DNA of 64,000 nt, taken from NCBI GenBank assembly GCA_048940445.1, contig JBHLON010000010.1:22102-86101 (forward strand), given 5' to 3'. Below the pieces are notes generated by a model. The model saw only the letters and a program-made list of their open reading frames with translations. It was not told where the DNA came from and did not search any database. Positions 19,732 to 30,453 of the stretch are shown one piece after another (the first letter of the stretch is position 1; each line of letters starts with the position of its first letter). Made by a program: the position numbers and the translations under genes. The DNA comes from Promethearchaeota archaeon. GTDB lineage: Archaea > Asgardarchaeota > Lokiarchaeia > Sigyniarchaeales > SOKP01.

Positions 19732-20886
19732 CTATTTAATTAATGTGTTTATCCCATAACGAGCAGCTGTCTTTTTCGTGATTTTAGATATATCTGCAAG
19801 TTCCTGTTTAGAAAAATCTGGCTTATAATATGTAGGCGTGTGCAAGTGACTAATATAGTATCTTTTTACTTTTTCAAACTTTTCACTAGATAGTTTAGTA
19901 TGTTCAAGTATTTTATCTATGATTTTTGCGGGACTTGCACAAAGTTCATCATAATTAACCACTAATGTGGCTTCTCTAAATTTTTTATTCGCTTCAAGAT
20001 TATCTGCAAGATATTCATAAATAGAATTCCAGTAATACGCCCAACCTTTTACATAGGTTTTTTTGTTTGTCCACAACTTATGAATTTTATGGATAAGTTC
20101 TGTATTATCTAAATTTATACAAATTTGATGATAACCAAACTCATAGTGTCCGACTAACCTAAGCCAATCCTGTATTAAAGGTGCTTTACGTTCAATTTTC
20201 ATAAATAACTTTGTTTGTTTGATCAATGAAGCAATTTGATTAACAGGATTTCTAACGATTAATAAAAATCTCACCTTTGGAAAAAGTTTAAGTAAATAAT
20301 CGAACCTTGAAACGTGATAATTATTTTTGGCTACATAACGAGGTCTATTTTGGTCTATTAAAATTTTCCGAATATGATTTTTATAAAAAGTTTCAAATTT
20401 AGGATTAGAGGTTTTCCTATCAAGAATATTTGATGTATTCTCGTTGTGAAGATTATTAAAAAATTTTTGCCAAAATATTTCTTCCACAGCCTCCGGACTA
20501 TCATGAGTAATTAATATCCCATCCATATGTATTCGTTCAAAAGGTCTTGTATAAATGTTTAAACTTTCTATAAGTAAACTAATCCAATGAGGAAGATAAG
20601 GCATAAGAAGGTGTTTATACCTATGAGAGCTTAAATCTGGATGTTTACTTAACATTTCCAAAGTGATAGTAGTTCCAGCACGAGCAAGACCTGTGATATA
20701 AATAGGTCTTTCGATAATAACATTCTCCAGATCTATTCTTAAATACATAGATTCAAATTTATCGAGTAAAAATGAAAAAGATTGAAAGGAATCGAAAAAT
20801 TTAGTCACACCATACCCGATATATCCAAGAAGGGGAAACTTAAATGAATCATTGTTTTTTGATTTCATTTTAATTCTAAGCATCAT
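19732..20886 (-). CDS. PAPS-dependent sulfotransferase-family protein
   Basis: PIYITGLARAGTT 5'-PSB loop; VRNPVNQIAS 3'-PB. Confidence 0.88.
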   Translation of the reverse strand: MMLRIKMKSKNNDSFKFPLLGYIGYGVTKFFDSFQSFSFLLDKFESMYLRIDLENVIIERPIYITGLARAGTTITLEMLSKHPDLSSHRYKHLLMPYLPHWISLLIESLNIYTRPFERIHMDGILITHDSPEAVEEIFWQKFFNNLHNENTSNILDRKTSNPKFETFYKNHIRKILIDQNRPRYVAKNNYHVSRFDYLLKLFPKVRFLLIVRNPVNQIASLIKQTKLFMKIERKAPLIQDWLRLVGHYEFGYHQICINLDNTELIHKIHKLWTNKKTYVKGWAYYWNSIYEYLADNLEANKKFREATLVVNYDELCASPAKIIDKILEHTKLSSEKFEKVKRYYISHLHTPTYYKPDFSKQELADISKITKKTAARYGINTLIK

Positions 20887-21043
20887 ATATCCCCGTAATC
20901 AAATGAAAGAGCTATCTTTATTTATTTAACATTTTATTTTAGCTTATTTATATTAGCTTATCAATTTCAAAATATCCATTAAAAGATCTAATTTTATAAT
21001 CTAGGGAGAATCATTATATTTATTAAAAAAATAATGATCGAAA

Positions 21044-21922
21044 ATGTCTGAAATAAAATCTAAATCTTGGCTAAAAAATCTCTTCATCCTGTTAATTTTT
21101 ATTGGAATAATAATTGTAACTGCTGAAGTAGATTGGGTAGCTGAACATTCTGATGTAGGATTAACTGTACGCCTTATATGGTTGATTTTATTATTAAGTT
21201 TAGGTTTAATCCTTCCAATTACATTCATGTACCTTGCAGGTAATAGAGATGTTGAAAGAAACAATAGAGCCAAAAAATGGTTCATTATTGCTATAATTCT
21301 ATTTTTAATAGCTAATGGAATACCTATTATATTCTATGTAGTAATAGGGATTTCACCTGGATTTTTTTTATATCTGCAGCTAGTATTATTTGGTTTGATA
21401 CCAGCTTTTTTTCTACAACCAGAATCGATTAAAATGCGAATTCTGATCTTGATTATTCTTTTTACGTTCATAATTATTCCTATTGGAATTCTTGTCAATT
21501 TTACAATTGATGATATTTGGATAAAATTAGGATTAGGCTTTACTTCTTCTGAAATTGATAAAACGATGTATTACTTAACATTCTGGGGATTATTAATGAC
21601 TTTTTTCTATCTCATAATAGCGATTGGCTGGAAACTAGGTGGTGGTTCAAAGCGACAAAGCTGGAATATATTTGTAGCAGGAACACTCTTACAATTTAGT
21701 ACTTTAGAAGACTTTCTTTATTACTTTTTAAATGGACAACCTCTTCCTGGACCACCTGATTACTGGTCCTGGATGGAAAATTTTGTCATTAATTTGAAGG
21801 CTTTATTTGGACATAACCCTACAAGTTTAGATCTACTTATATTTTGCATAATTATTTCCGCGATTGCCATTTTGATTTTATTTGATATCCATGGTTATAT
21901 CTGGAAGAAAATAAAAAAATAA
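21044..21922 (+). CDS. Hypothetical integral membrane protein
   Basis: About 8 hydrophobic segments; LEDFLYY. Confidence 0.75.
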   Translation: MSEIKSKSWLKNLFILLIFIGIIIVTAEVDWVAEHSDVGLTVRLIWLILLLSLGLILPITFMYLAGNRDVERNNRAKKWFIIAIILFLIANGIPIIFYVVIGISPGFFLYLQLVLFGLIPAFFLQPESIKMRILILIILFTFIIIPIGILVNFTIDDIWIKLGLGFTSSEIDKTMYYLTFWGLLMTFFYLIIAIGWKLGGGSKRQSWNIFVAGTLLQFSTLEDFLYYFLNGQPLPGPPDYWSWMENFVINLKALFGHNPTSLDLLIFCIIISAIAILILFDIHGYIWKKIKK

Positions 21923-21995
21923 TCCCTTCTAATTTTTCACTTTTTTTTGTTAAGTGTAAATTTTTTAAGTTTACTTCTCTCCTATTATTTAAATT

Positions 21996-22925
21996 ATGAG
22001 CAAAGAATCTAAAATCATCGAAGAATTTCATAAGGGATTAAGTGCTATTGATTGCAAAGGGAAGGTTGTTTCTGGAATTCATATTGCTGATATTAATGAG
22101 GAGATTCAAAGTCATAAAAACAAACAACTTATCAATTTAAAATTTTATGAAGAATATAGAAATTATTTTGAAATTAAGCCTAATGTGAAGTTTCCTAAGA
22201 TTAATTCCATTTTTATAATAGCATATCCAGACCCTTCAACTAAAGTTATTTTTCAATACAAAGAGAAAGAACTTTCTTTGCTTATTCCTCCCCAATATTT
22301 GCAAGGTCAAAAAATAATTGATAGATTACAGGAATTTCTAATCTCTATCTTGTCTCTAGAAGGTTATAATGTAGAATATGCAAGGATACCTATGAAGACT
22401 CTATCAGCTCATAGTGGTTTGACTCAATATGGGAAGAACAACATTACATACATTAATGGCATAGGAAGTTTTTATCGTCTTGCTGCATATTATTCTGATT
22501 TTCCAATAGAACAGGATAGTTGGGGTGAGCATAAGATGATGGATCTATGTAAAAATTGTTCAGCTTGCGTTCGTAATTGCCCAACTGGTGCGATTCCAAC
22601 AGACAGATTTCTCCTACGTGCAGAAAAATGTCTTACTTATCATAATGAACATCCTCCTGAAATCCCCTTTCCAAACTGGATTGATCCTAGCTGGCATAAT
22701 TGTTTAGTTGGGTGCCTCCATTGCCAAAGAGTATGTCCTGCAAATAAAAAAGTAGTTAATTGGATTAGAATTGGTCCTAAATTTTCTGAGGAAGAAACCA
22801 AATTAATCCTTCAGGGAAAGAAATTGGATCAACTTCCTGAACCAACAATAAAAAAATTAAAGAGTTATGATCTAAAAGAATATTTAGAATTGTTTCCTCG
22901 AAATTTAGGGGTTTATCTTCATTAA
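21996..22925 (+). CDS. QueG-like 4Fe-4S double-cluster protein
   Basis: SGLTQYGKNN, CKNCSACVRNCPTGAI and CLVGCLHCQRVCP. Confidence 0.85.
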   Translation: MSKESKIIEEFHKGLSAIDCKGKVVSGIHIADINEEIQSHKNKQLINLKFYEEYRNYFEIKPNVKFPKINSIFIIAYPDPSTKVIFQYKEKELSLLIPPQYLQGQKIIDRLQEFLISILSLEGYNVEYARIPMKTLSAHSGLTQYGKNNITYINGIGSFYRLAAYYSDFPIEQDSWGEHKMMDLCKNCSACVRNCPTGAIPTDRFLLRAEKCLTYHNEHPPEIPFPNWIDPSWHNCLVGCLHCQRVCPANKKVVNWIRIGPKFSEEETKLILQGKKLDQLPEPTIKKLKSYDLKEYLELFPRNLGVYLH

Positions 22926-23059
22926 TTCTTATTTTAATTTAGTCTCAAAACTAAAATAGGTTCATTATTGGATAAAATAGTTCTCTTTTATGTAAAAAAA
23001 TCATTGAATTTTTAAAATCAGATCTAGAAAGAAGATCAAGAAAAATTACTTATAAAAAG

Positions 23060-23893
23060 ATGTATATGTGGTCTCAATACGTTAGGTTTAGAAACTTTAA
23101 GATTTCCATTTTAAGCATCTCTCTTCTCTTATTAGGAATCTTTTCGGGATTATACTGGCTTTTTTGGGATATAATTTCTTATGTAGTTGTTGTAAATGAT
23201 CTGCTCTTAGGTATTTTAATTTATCCTATAAAGATTTTAATCTTAGCAATGATGAGTCTCTTTTTATATAGAAAATGGTTTAGGCAAGAAGCAATTTACA
23301 TAACAGATGCCTATTTTTGCTTTGGGACATTTTTCGGAATTTGGGTATTTGGTAAAATATTCGATGTACTTCTAAATTTACTCTGGTTAAGCGGAACGTA
23401 TGACAATCTGAGATTATTTTTAATGAAAATTCGATACACAGTCATCGTAATCAATATTTTACCAATTCTCTATATAGGATTAGAAGCATTATTGGTGTTC
23501 ATAGAATTAAGATCCAAAACCAAGGAATCTAAATCGGAGGCAAACAAAATTAGATATTCTTTTATGGGAGGTTATGTTTTCATTTTACTAATTTTGATAT
23601 GGTTTGCAAACAATGTTAACTTACTAGTTAATTTACTTCCTATAGCAACCTTTATTATCTATCTGCTCTTGATGATAATGTTTTTCTTTATGTATCGCAA
23701 TAAGAGATTGTCTCAAGCTAATTCGTTGATAATAGGAATAGCATTTCTGCTTTTAATTCTTTCAAATATCATCCGAGCTATTTTTACAGCATCATATGAA
23801 TCATGGAGTATTATCCTTTCTGAAGTAATAGATACAATAATAATTGGGGTTCTCTTTACAGGATTTATCACAAAACCAAAATATGCGAAATAA
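23060..23893 (+). CDS. Hypothetical multi-pass membrane protein
   Basis: About 8 TM segments; no recognisable motif. Confidence 0.75.
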   Translation: MYMWSQYVRFRNFKISILSISLLLLGIFSGLYWLFWDIISYVVVVNDLLLGILIYPIKILILAMMSLFLYRKWFRQEAIYITDAYFCFGTFFGIWVFGKIFDVLLNLLWLSGTYDNLRLFLMKIRYTVIVINILPILYIGLEALLVFIELRSKTKESKSEANKIRYSFMGGYVFILLILIWFANNVNLLVNLLPIATFIIYLLLMIMFFFMYRNKRLSQANSLIIGIAFLLLILSNIIRAIFTASYESWSIILSEVIDTIIIGVLFTGFITKPKYAK

Positions 23894-24020
23894 AAACATA
23901 ATTTCTTTATTTTATTTATTTTTTAATTTTTTAAAATAATTCCACTTAAATTTTTTAATAAAGAATATGTAAGTTAATTGTAATAATATAATAATTTTCG
24001 CTTTAAGTGAGAACTTTATT

Positions 24021-25256
24021 ATGAGTAAGGATTTAAAAGATTTGATTGATAAGGCTGAAGAAGATCAACAAAGTAAAGCATATTTAGAAAAGACCATCGA
24101 GAAATTACAGCTTGAAGTTGATAAGTTAAAAAGCAAATTAGATAACGAAAAAATTACATTTAAACCTACGCCTATTAAGCATACTGATGATCTAAGTGAC
24201 ACTCAAGAAATCTTGGAATTAAAGGATATCGTTTTATCCCTTAGCAATAAATTAGAAAATAAGGAGCAAGAAAAAGAGATTTTACAAACTAAAGTTAAAG
24301 ATTTAACAATAGAGTTAGAAGAAGTACAAAAAAAATTGTTGGATCCATTAAAAGATGAAATGTTTTCTAGAACACAAAATTCATTAAATACACTAATTCA
24401 GGATTATGGGCGATTGGAACAAGAAAATAAAAATTTAAAGAATAAAGTGTTTGAATTATCAAAAGAAATTGAAATTGCAGACGAGACCGTAACATCATAC
24501 AAGTCTGAAAGTACAATAAATAAACAATTGAATAATGAAATCGCAACCCTAAGGCAGACTATTTCCAACCTAGAGAGAGCAAATAATTCTCTCTCAACAA
24601 ATTTGAATTTAATTAAAACTAAACAAGTTTCTGCTGAAGAACTAGATAGACTTGTTGAATCTCTAAAAAGAAATAATTTACAATTAAAAGAAGAAAATCT
24701 AATGCTTAATGAAAAATTAGAAGTTTTAAAGCGAGAAAAGATTAAAATTGTAAAACTAGAATCTCAAATTGCAAACTTAAATGAAAAGATTGAAGATTTA
24801 GAACAAAAAAATAAAGTACTTCGTGAAAAAGACACAATTTTATTAGCGAAAACAATAACAGCGCTTCAACCCCATGATAAAAAGGAAATTTCAAAGCCTG
24901 AATCTAGCATTTTTAATTTAAAAGGATGGTCAAGCGAATCAATTATCGAGGAAGAGAAAAAAACGATCGCCAAGGTCAAAGAATTGTCAACCAATATTAC
25001 TAATAATGTAATTAAGCCTTATATTTCTGATCCAATAGTAGAATCGAGAAAATTAACAGAAGAAAAAGCATCAGAAAATGAAAATCTCGAAGAAGAAGAT
25101 GAGGATATAATACGAAAATGGCAATGCCCTAGATGTGCAAATTCCAATAAAGCATATATAAGAGAAATAGATGATAAAACACGATTAATTTATGCTTATC
25201 CAAAGATATATGCAAAAAAATATAAATGCGGTCAATGTGGAGCAGAATGGAAATAA
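24021..25256 (+). CDS. Long coiled-coil protein with C-terminal Zn ribbon
   Basis: About 280 aa of heptads, then CPRC...IREIDDK...IYAKKYKCGQCGAEW. Confidence 0.8.
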   Translation: MSKDLKDLIDKAEEDQQSKAYLEKTIEKLQLEVDKLKSKLDNEKITFKPTPIKHTDDLSDTQEILELKDIVLSLSNKLENKEQEKEILQTKVKDLTIELEEVQKKLLDPLKDEMFSRTQNSLNTLIQDYGRLEQENKNLKNKVFELSKEIEIADETVTSYKSESTINKQLNNEIATLRQTISNLERANNSLSTNLNLIKTKQVSAEELDRLVESLKRNNLQLKEENLMLNEKLEVLKREKIKIVKLESQIANLNEKIEDLEQKNKVLREKDTILLAKTITALQPHDKKEISKPESSIFNLKGWSSESIIEEEKKTIAKVKELSTNITNNVIKPYISDPIVESRKLTEEKASENENLEEEDEDIIRKWQCPRCANSNKAYIREIDDKTRLIYAYPKIYAKKYKCGQCGAEWK

Positions 25257-25318
25257 TTGACAGATATTTGTCTACAAATATATATTATATAAAATAAAGA
25301 AATAATTACTTTAGGTAA

Positions 25319-25723
25319 TTATCGTTTTTCTTCTCTCGAATAAAAGATAACATCAATTACTGCTATTACAATGATTATGATATTATCTATCCAATGATAC
25401 ATTAGATTTACTGGTGAACGAGGTAGATATAATGCAGTAGTGATGTTAATCACAAAAGTAACAAAAAGAAAGCAGATAGCAAAAAGAAACAGCAATTTAA
25501 AATAGGACCAATCTCCTTTCACTAATCCAAATATAGCAACTATTCCAAGCGTCATGCATACACCTCCCCAAAGTCGCCAGAAATGGGGATCAAAATTGGG
25601 TGCTTCATTTATAGCATAAATTATTTCTGGTAAAAAGAGGTACATAATCCCATAGATTAAAGCGACTATAATATTTATCACTAATAAAATTTTCAATTCT
25701 TTTGACATTTCTGCCATAGGCAA
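25319..25723 (-). CDS. Hypothetical 4-TM membrane protein
   Basis: Four hydrophobic segments. Confidence 0.7.
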   Translation of the reverse strand: MPMAEMSKELKILLVINIIVALIYGIMYLFLPEIIYAINEAPNFDPHFWRLWGGVCMTLGIVAIFGLVKGDWSYFKLLFLFAICFLFVTFVINITTALYLPRSPVNLMYHWIDNIIIIVIAVIDVIFYSREEKR

Positions 25724-25874
25724 ACATCTTATTTTATATTTTCAGTTGAAAAATTAAATATGAATAGGAAGAGCAACCATAAAAGGTTTTACATAAGTGT
25801 AAGTTCTTAATTAAGTTAGTGTTTAAATCATAATAAAAGTTATATACTGTATTTAGATTAAAAAAAGATTAAAC

Positions 25875-26675
25875 ATGTCTATTGTTGGAATAGATTATAA
25901 TAAATGCAATAGTTGTAAAATTTGTTTAAGCACATGTATTCTTTTCAGATTTAATCAAGAATCTGAAAAGGTAGAATATATTGATTCAAAAGATTTCTGT
26001 AATTTATGTGGTCAATGTATCGCACGATGCCCAGAGAACGCAATTTTATATAAAAATTTAGGAGTTACTAATGAATTTCAAGGAGTTAGTAAACCAGAAG
26101 AAATAATTACATATGAAATACTTTATGATTTTTTAAGAGCCCATCGCTCAATTCGGCGTTTTCGACAAAGAAAAGTTCCTAATGAACTTCTTCGGAAAGT
26201 ATTTAATGCTATGAGTTATGCTCCTACAGGGGATAATATGAGATCTGAAAAATTTTCTATAATCTCTAATCAAGATCAGATTAAGCAACTTAATGATGCC
26301 GTTATTCAAGAATTAATAAAAGATACTTACATGAAAGAACGGTATGGAAAGCTATTTCATCTCCTGGGAAAAGCATTTCGCAGTCCTATTTATTTTGACG
26401 CTCCACATATCATTTTTGTTACTTCTTTTCAAAGAGGAGCTGTTGAGCAGAATAATATTGGAATTATTATTACATATGGACGATTAGCAGCGCAATCACT
26501 GGGATTAGGAACTTGCTGGAATGGATGGACTCAAATTGCGATGAAAATTAATCCTGAAATAAAAAAATTAGTGAATATTGAGGGTGAGAACATAGGAATA
26601 TTTATCATTGGCTATCCTGCAGTAAAATTTCATCGTACATCTCCTCGGACATTAAAAAATGTTGATGGTCTTTAA
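25875..26675 (+). CDS. Ferredoxin-nitroreductase fusion
   Basis: CNSCKIC and CNLCGQCIARCP; HRSIRRF, APTGDN and GLGTCW. Confidence 0.9.
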   Translation: MSIVGIDYNKCNSCKICLSTCILFRFNQESEKVEYIDSKDFCNLCGQCIARCPENAILYKNLGVTNEFQGVSKPEEIITYEILYDFLRAHRSIRRFRQRKVPNELLRKVFNAMSYAPTGDNMRSEKFSIISNQDQIKQLNDAVIQELIKDTYMKERYGKLFHLLGKAFRSPIYFDAPHIIFVTSFQRGAVEQNNIGIIITYGRLAAQSLGLGTCWNGWTQIAMKINPEIKKLVNIEGENIGIFIIGYPAVKFHRTSPRTLKNVDGL

Positions 26676-26901
26676 AAATTCATAAAATAATTTTTCAATT
26701 TATAACATAAAACAAATTTAAATTCTGAACTTCATACCAAATTTAATCTTAATATGAAGTTAAACCTACTATGAATTACTTTCCAAAAGTATAATTAAAA
26801 AAAATTGGAAATCCCATGAAATGATAAATACCTCATATTTACTGGCTTTACTTTTTCTGAAATTCCCTTTTAGTTTACTTCACTTTATTAATTAGATCTA
26901 A

Positions 26902-27156
26902 TTAATAACGCTTTCTTCTAGGTTTAAAACTCGGGCGATCAGCCTTTTCGGTAACTTTTAAATTACTAGCTTGAGGCCCTTTAGATCCATCGACTATATC
27001 AAATTCTACCTTATCACCCTCATAAATTGCTTTAAACTCATTATCCTTATCTTCAATCGCAGAAAAATGAACGAATACATCAGCTGCTCCGTCGTCTCGA
27101 GTAATAAAACCATAGCCTTTACGGCGATCAAACCATTTTACTGTTCCTTTTACCAT
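26902..27156 (-). CDS. cspA: Cold-shock domain protein
   Basis: GTVKWF, RNP1 KGYGFI and RNP2 VFVHF; basic tail. Confidence 0.93.
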   Translation of the reverse strand: MVKGTVKWFDRRKGYGFITRDDGAADVFVHFSAIEDKDNEFKAIYEGDKVEFDIVDGSKGPQASNLKVTEKADRPSFKPRRKRY

Positions 27157-27178
27157 TGAAAAAACCCAATGCGCAAAT

Positions 27179-27276
27179 TGAGTACGTACTTAATTAACGT
27201 ACTCACAAATAAGTAAAAAGTAACCATTCCAAATAAATTTATTACTAAACTGCGGGAATATCGAGTTTATAAACTC
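27179..27276 (-). promoter_or_regulatory. Candidate csp promoter and structured 5' UTR
   Basis: Palindrome GAGTTTATAAACTC (27263-27276) contains a TATA; perfect 9-bp stem TGAGTACGT-N9-ACGTACTCA at 27179-27205. Confidence 0.55.
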
Positions 27277-27791
27277 TAGAATTCATAGAAGCATTTGGTA
27301 CAGACTCTTTTTTTAGCATAAATTCTTCGAGGAACATAGCTTAGTAATCTAGATTTATCTTCAACTTCCTTTATTGCAAAACCAGATGCGCCACATTTGG
27401 GACACTCTCTTTTATGTGTGGAAGTATCTGCACTCGTGGTCACAATTGGATTTTCTGTTTGTCGAATTACTGGACCTTCTACTGTTTGCTGACTATAATA
27501 AGGAGTTTGTGTTTGTTGTTGCTCATATTGTTCATACTGTGTTCGTTCATAATTCTGATATTGAGGAGAACTCGGGATTGAAGGCTTAACCTTTTGTTGA
27601 GCATAGTAGGGAGATTGTATATTTTCTATCTGAGCTTTTAATTTTAGATTTTCATTATAAATTTGATATAATTGTTCATCTTTCTCCTTAATAAGCATTT
27701 GAAGTTGATTTACGTGATTCTGTAATTCTGAAATTTGATAATTAAGTTCATTAATTCTTCTCTCATAATCTTCTATATTTGAAAACATCAT
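27276..27791 (-). CDS. Coiled-coil, Q/Y/P-rich linker and C-terminal Zn ribbon protein
   Basis: CPKC...IKEVEDK...IYAKKRVCTKCFYEF, the same domain as in 24021-25256. Confidence 0.8.
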   Translation of the reverse strand: MMFSNIEDYERRINELNYQISELQNHVNQLQMLIKEKDEQLYQIYNENLKLKAQIENIQSPYYAQQKVKPSIPSSPQYQNYERTQYEQYEQQQTQTPYYSQQTVEGPVIRQTENPIVTTSADTSTHKRECPKCGASGFAIKEVEDKSRLLSYVPRRIYAKKRVCTKCFYEF

Positions 27792-27945
27792 TCTTTATTC
27801 GCACCTTTCATAAAAATATACTTAAATTATTAATCGACAAATAAATACTAGACTTGATTATTATTTAAAAATTCTTAAATGTCGGATTTTTTATTTTATT
27901 TTTAGGAAGAATATTAATTAAGTCTATGGATTTTATTTAATAAGC

Positions 27946-29463
27946 ATGACTACAATCACTATTTACGATGGAGCGAACACGATTGGCGGGAACAAAATTT
28001 ATTTAAAAGAAGGCAAAAATGGCTTATTTCTTGATTTTGGAATGAACTTTAAAAAGTATAATAATTATTTTCAAGAATATTTAACAGAGCGTTCTTCCAG
28101 AGGAATCTTTGATCTTCTTCACCTCAAATTAATTCCCAAGTTAAATATATATCGAAAGGATCTAATTACTTCGGATATAGATCTGTCAACATTCCCTTCA
28201 TTAAAAATTGATGCAGTGCTATTAAGTCATGCTCATATGGATCATTTTGGAAATATCTCTTTACTTGATGAATCGATTCCAGTTATAGCATCTCCCACGA
28301 CTATTACATTATTGAAATCTATTCGAGATAGTTCGATCGCAAGTCTAAATAACGAAGTCGCATATTTTACCAAAAAGATTGCAACTGAAGATGAGAGAAT
28401 CTTAAAAAGTGATAAAGCAGCTATTTATTGCAGACAATTTATCAGTACGATTAGATTTCCTGATACACTTGAAGATTTTTTAACCGTTCGTTTTAGAAAA
28501 AAAGATTATGTAAAGGGTGAGCTATGCATGTTAAATGATTTCTACACACCGTTTCAAATTAAAGCATTTGAGGTCGATCATTCGATATACGGTGCTACAG
28601 CTTTTCTCATTCAAGGAGAAAATACTGTTGCATATACAGGGGATTTACGCCTTCATGGAAAAAAATCAAATTCAAGTAAAGAGTTTATAGCCAACTCAAA
28701 AGAGGCTTCTATTTTAATAATTGAGGGGACAAGAGCGAAGAGAAAAGATTTTAATGAACCTGAAGAAATTGTTTATCAGAATTGCCTTAAGCTGGTTGAA
28801 ATATCTAAAGGTTTAGTTATTGCAGACTTTACTGCTAGAAATTTTGAAAGATTAGAAACATTTCATACTATTGCAAAAAAGGTGGGTAGAAAGTTAGTTA
28901 TTACCTCAAAAGATGCTTATTTGCTAAAAGCGATTGAAAAAGTCGATGGTATTAACCGAACTAAGGATATGTTAATCTATAAGATGTTGAAAGTAAAACC
29001 ATTAAGCTGGGAAAATTATCTTCTCAAAAGTGAGGCAGATATACAATTAATCGATCCTCTTGAGATCTCGAAAAATCCTGAAGATTATTTACTTTGTTTT
29101 TCTTTTTTTGACGTAAAAAATTTATTAGATATTAATCCAACTAAAGGTACATACATTTACTCTTCAAGTGAAGCGTTCGCAGAAGAATCAGAATTTGACT
29201 TCATTAGGTTAAATAACTGGCTTAGGCATTTTGGATTTGAGATATATGGTTTTGAAATAATTGAAAAACAAAATAGGTTAAAACCTGAATTTGTGAGAGG
29301 ATTTCACGCATCTGGGCATTTATCTCAAAGTGAAATTAGATGGGTCATTGAAAGGATTGATCCTGATATTATTATTCCAGTCCACACTGATAATCCAAAA
29401 TGGTTTAAAGAAAATTATGACAATGTAATACTTTTACAAGATGGACAAAGTTTTTCCAAATAA
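27946..29463 (+). CDS. Beta-CASP metallo-beta-lactamase (RNase J-like)
   Basis: IGGN, SHAHMDH, VDHS, YTGD, HASGH and IPVHT. Confidence 0.88.
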   Translation: MTTITIYDGANTIGGNKIYLKEGKNGLFLDFGMNFKKYNNYFQEYLTERSSRGIFDLLHLKLIPKLNIYRKDLITSDIDLSTFPSLKIDAVLLSHAHMDHFGNISLLDESIPVIASPTTITLLKSIRDSSIASLNNEVAYFTKKIATEDERILKSDKAAIYCRQFISTIRFPDTLEDFLTVRFRKKDYVKGELCMLNDFYTPFQIKAFEVDHSIYGATAFLIQGENTVAYTGDLRLHGKKSNSSKEFIANSKEASILIIEGTRAKRKDFNEPEEIVYQNCLKLVEISKGLVIADFTARNFERLETFHTIAKKVGRKLVITSKDAYLLKAIEKVDGINRTKDMLIYKMLKVKPLSWENYLLKSEADIQLIDPLEISKNPEDYLLCFSFFDVKNLLDINPTKGTYIYSSSEAFAEESEFDFIRLNNWLRHFGFEIYGFEIIEKQNRLKPEFVRGFHASGHLSQSEIRWVIERIDPDIIIPVHTDNPKWFKENYDNVILLQDGQSFSK

Positions 29464-29725
29464 TTTTTATTTCACTGTACACATATATCGGAAGGATTAC
29501 ATTTTAAAAAGAAAAAAAATAGAGTAAATTATATTATTAAACTTTTTAGTTATAAAATATTATTAAAATATCACAATTATCTGTTAGTAAAACCAAGATA
29601 GATAATTTTATCTATAAAATAGTTATAATAATCCTTTATGAGAGGGTTGGAGGTTATCTTCCTAAAAAAGGCTCATCTTGGATTCTAAGTAAAAGTCTAA
29701 AGACAAGAAATATTTATCTGATAAT

Positions 29726-30445
29726 ATGAAAATTGAGCAAATTTGGCAAAATGATGAATGGACAGGAGAGGCAAGAAGATTAATTTCAGGATTAACTCAA
29801 TTTCCGAGTGACTCAAAGATAATCATAATTCTTCGTCATTCTCATAGAAAACACTCAGATGATCCTTGGCGAGTCTCAAAACTCAAACTTACTTCACTTG
29901 GACATGAGATTGCTAGAATTTTTGGAGAGAATTTACCATTAGAAAGAGAGTTACGATTATTTTATAGTTTTTTAGATCGTTGTAAGGAAACTGCTGAGGA
30001 TATTTTGAGGGGCTTCAAAAGTAAAGGCGGGATTGGATTTCTAATGAATAATCTTGATGTATTAGTTGATATTGGGATGGAACCAGATACTTTTTTTACT
30101 GAAATTACAAATCATTCTTTAATAAATTTCTTTTTCCGTTGGATCGCGGGATTATATCCTCCAGAGATTCTTACTCCATTTAATATATTTTGTCAACAAG
30201 CTGCATATACTATTTGGGAGAAAATTGAGCATGCTCCTAACAAAGGGATTGATATCCATGTTTCTCATGATCTTATTATCTTAAGTTATAAATTTGGGTG
30301 GTTTGGATTACTCCCAAATAATTATTGGCCTTCATTTTTAGGAGGTTTTGCATTTACTTTTAATAAAGAAACTATTTTACTTCTTGACAATAATGGTTTT
30401 ACTTCGATTGAAATACCATATTGGTGGAAAAATTACTTGAGGTAG
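29726..30445 (+). CDS. Histidine phosphatase superfamily protein
   Basis: LRHS, LTSLG, RCKETA and VSHD. Confidence 0.85.
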   Translation: MKIEQIWQNDEWTGEARRLISGLTQFPSDSKIIIILRHSHRKHSDDPWRVSKLKLTSLGHEIARIFGENLPLERELRLFYSFLDRCKETAEDILRGFKSKGGIGFLMNNLDVLVDIGMEPDTFFTEITNHSLINFFFRWIAGLYPPEILTPFNIFCQQAAYTIWEKIEHAPNKGIDIHVSHDLIILSYKFGWFGLLPNNYWPSFLGGFAFTFNKETILLLDNNGFTSIEIPYWWKNYLR

Positions 30446-30453
30446 GGATGGAT

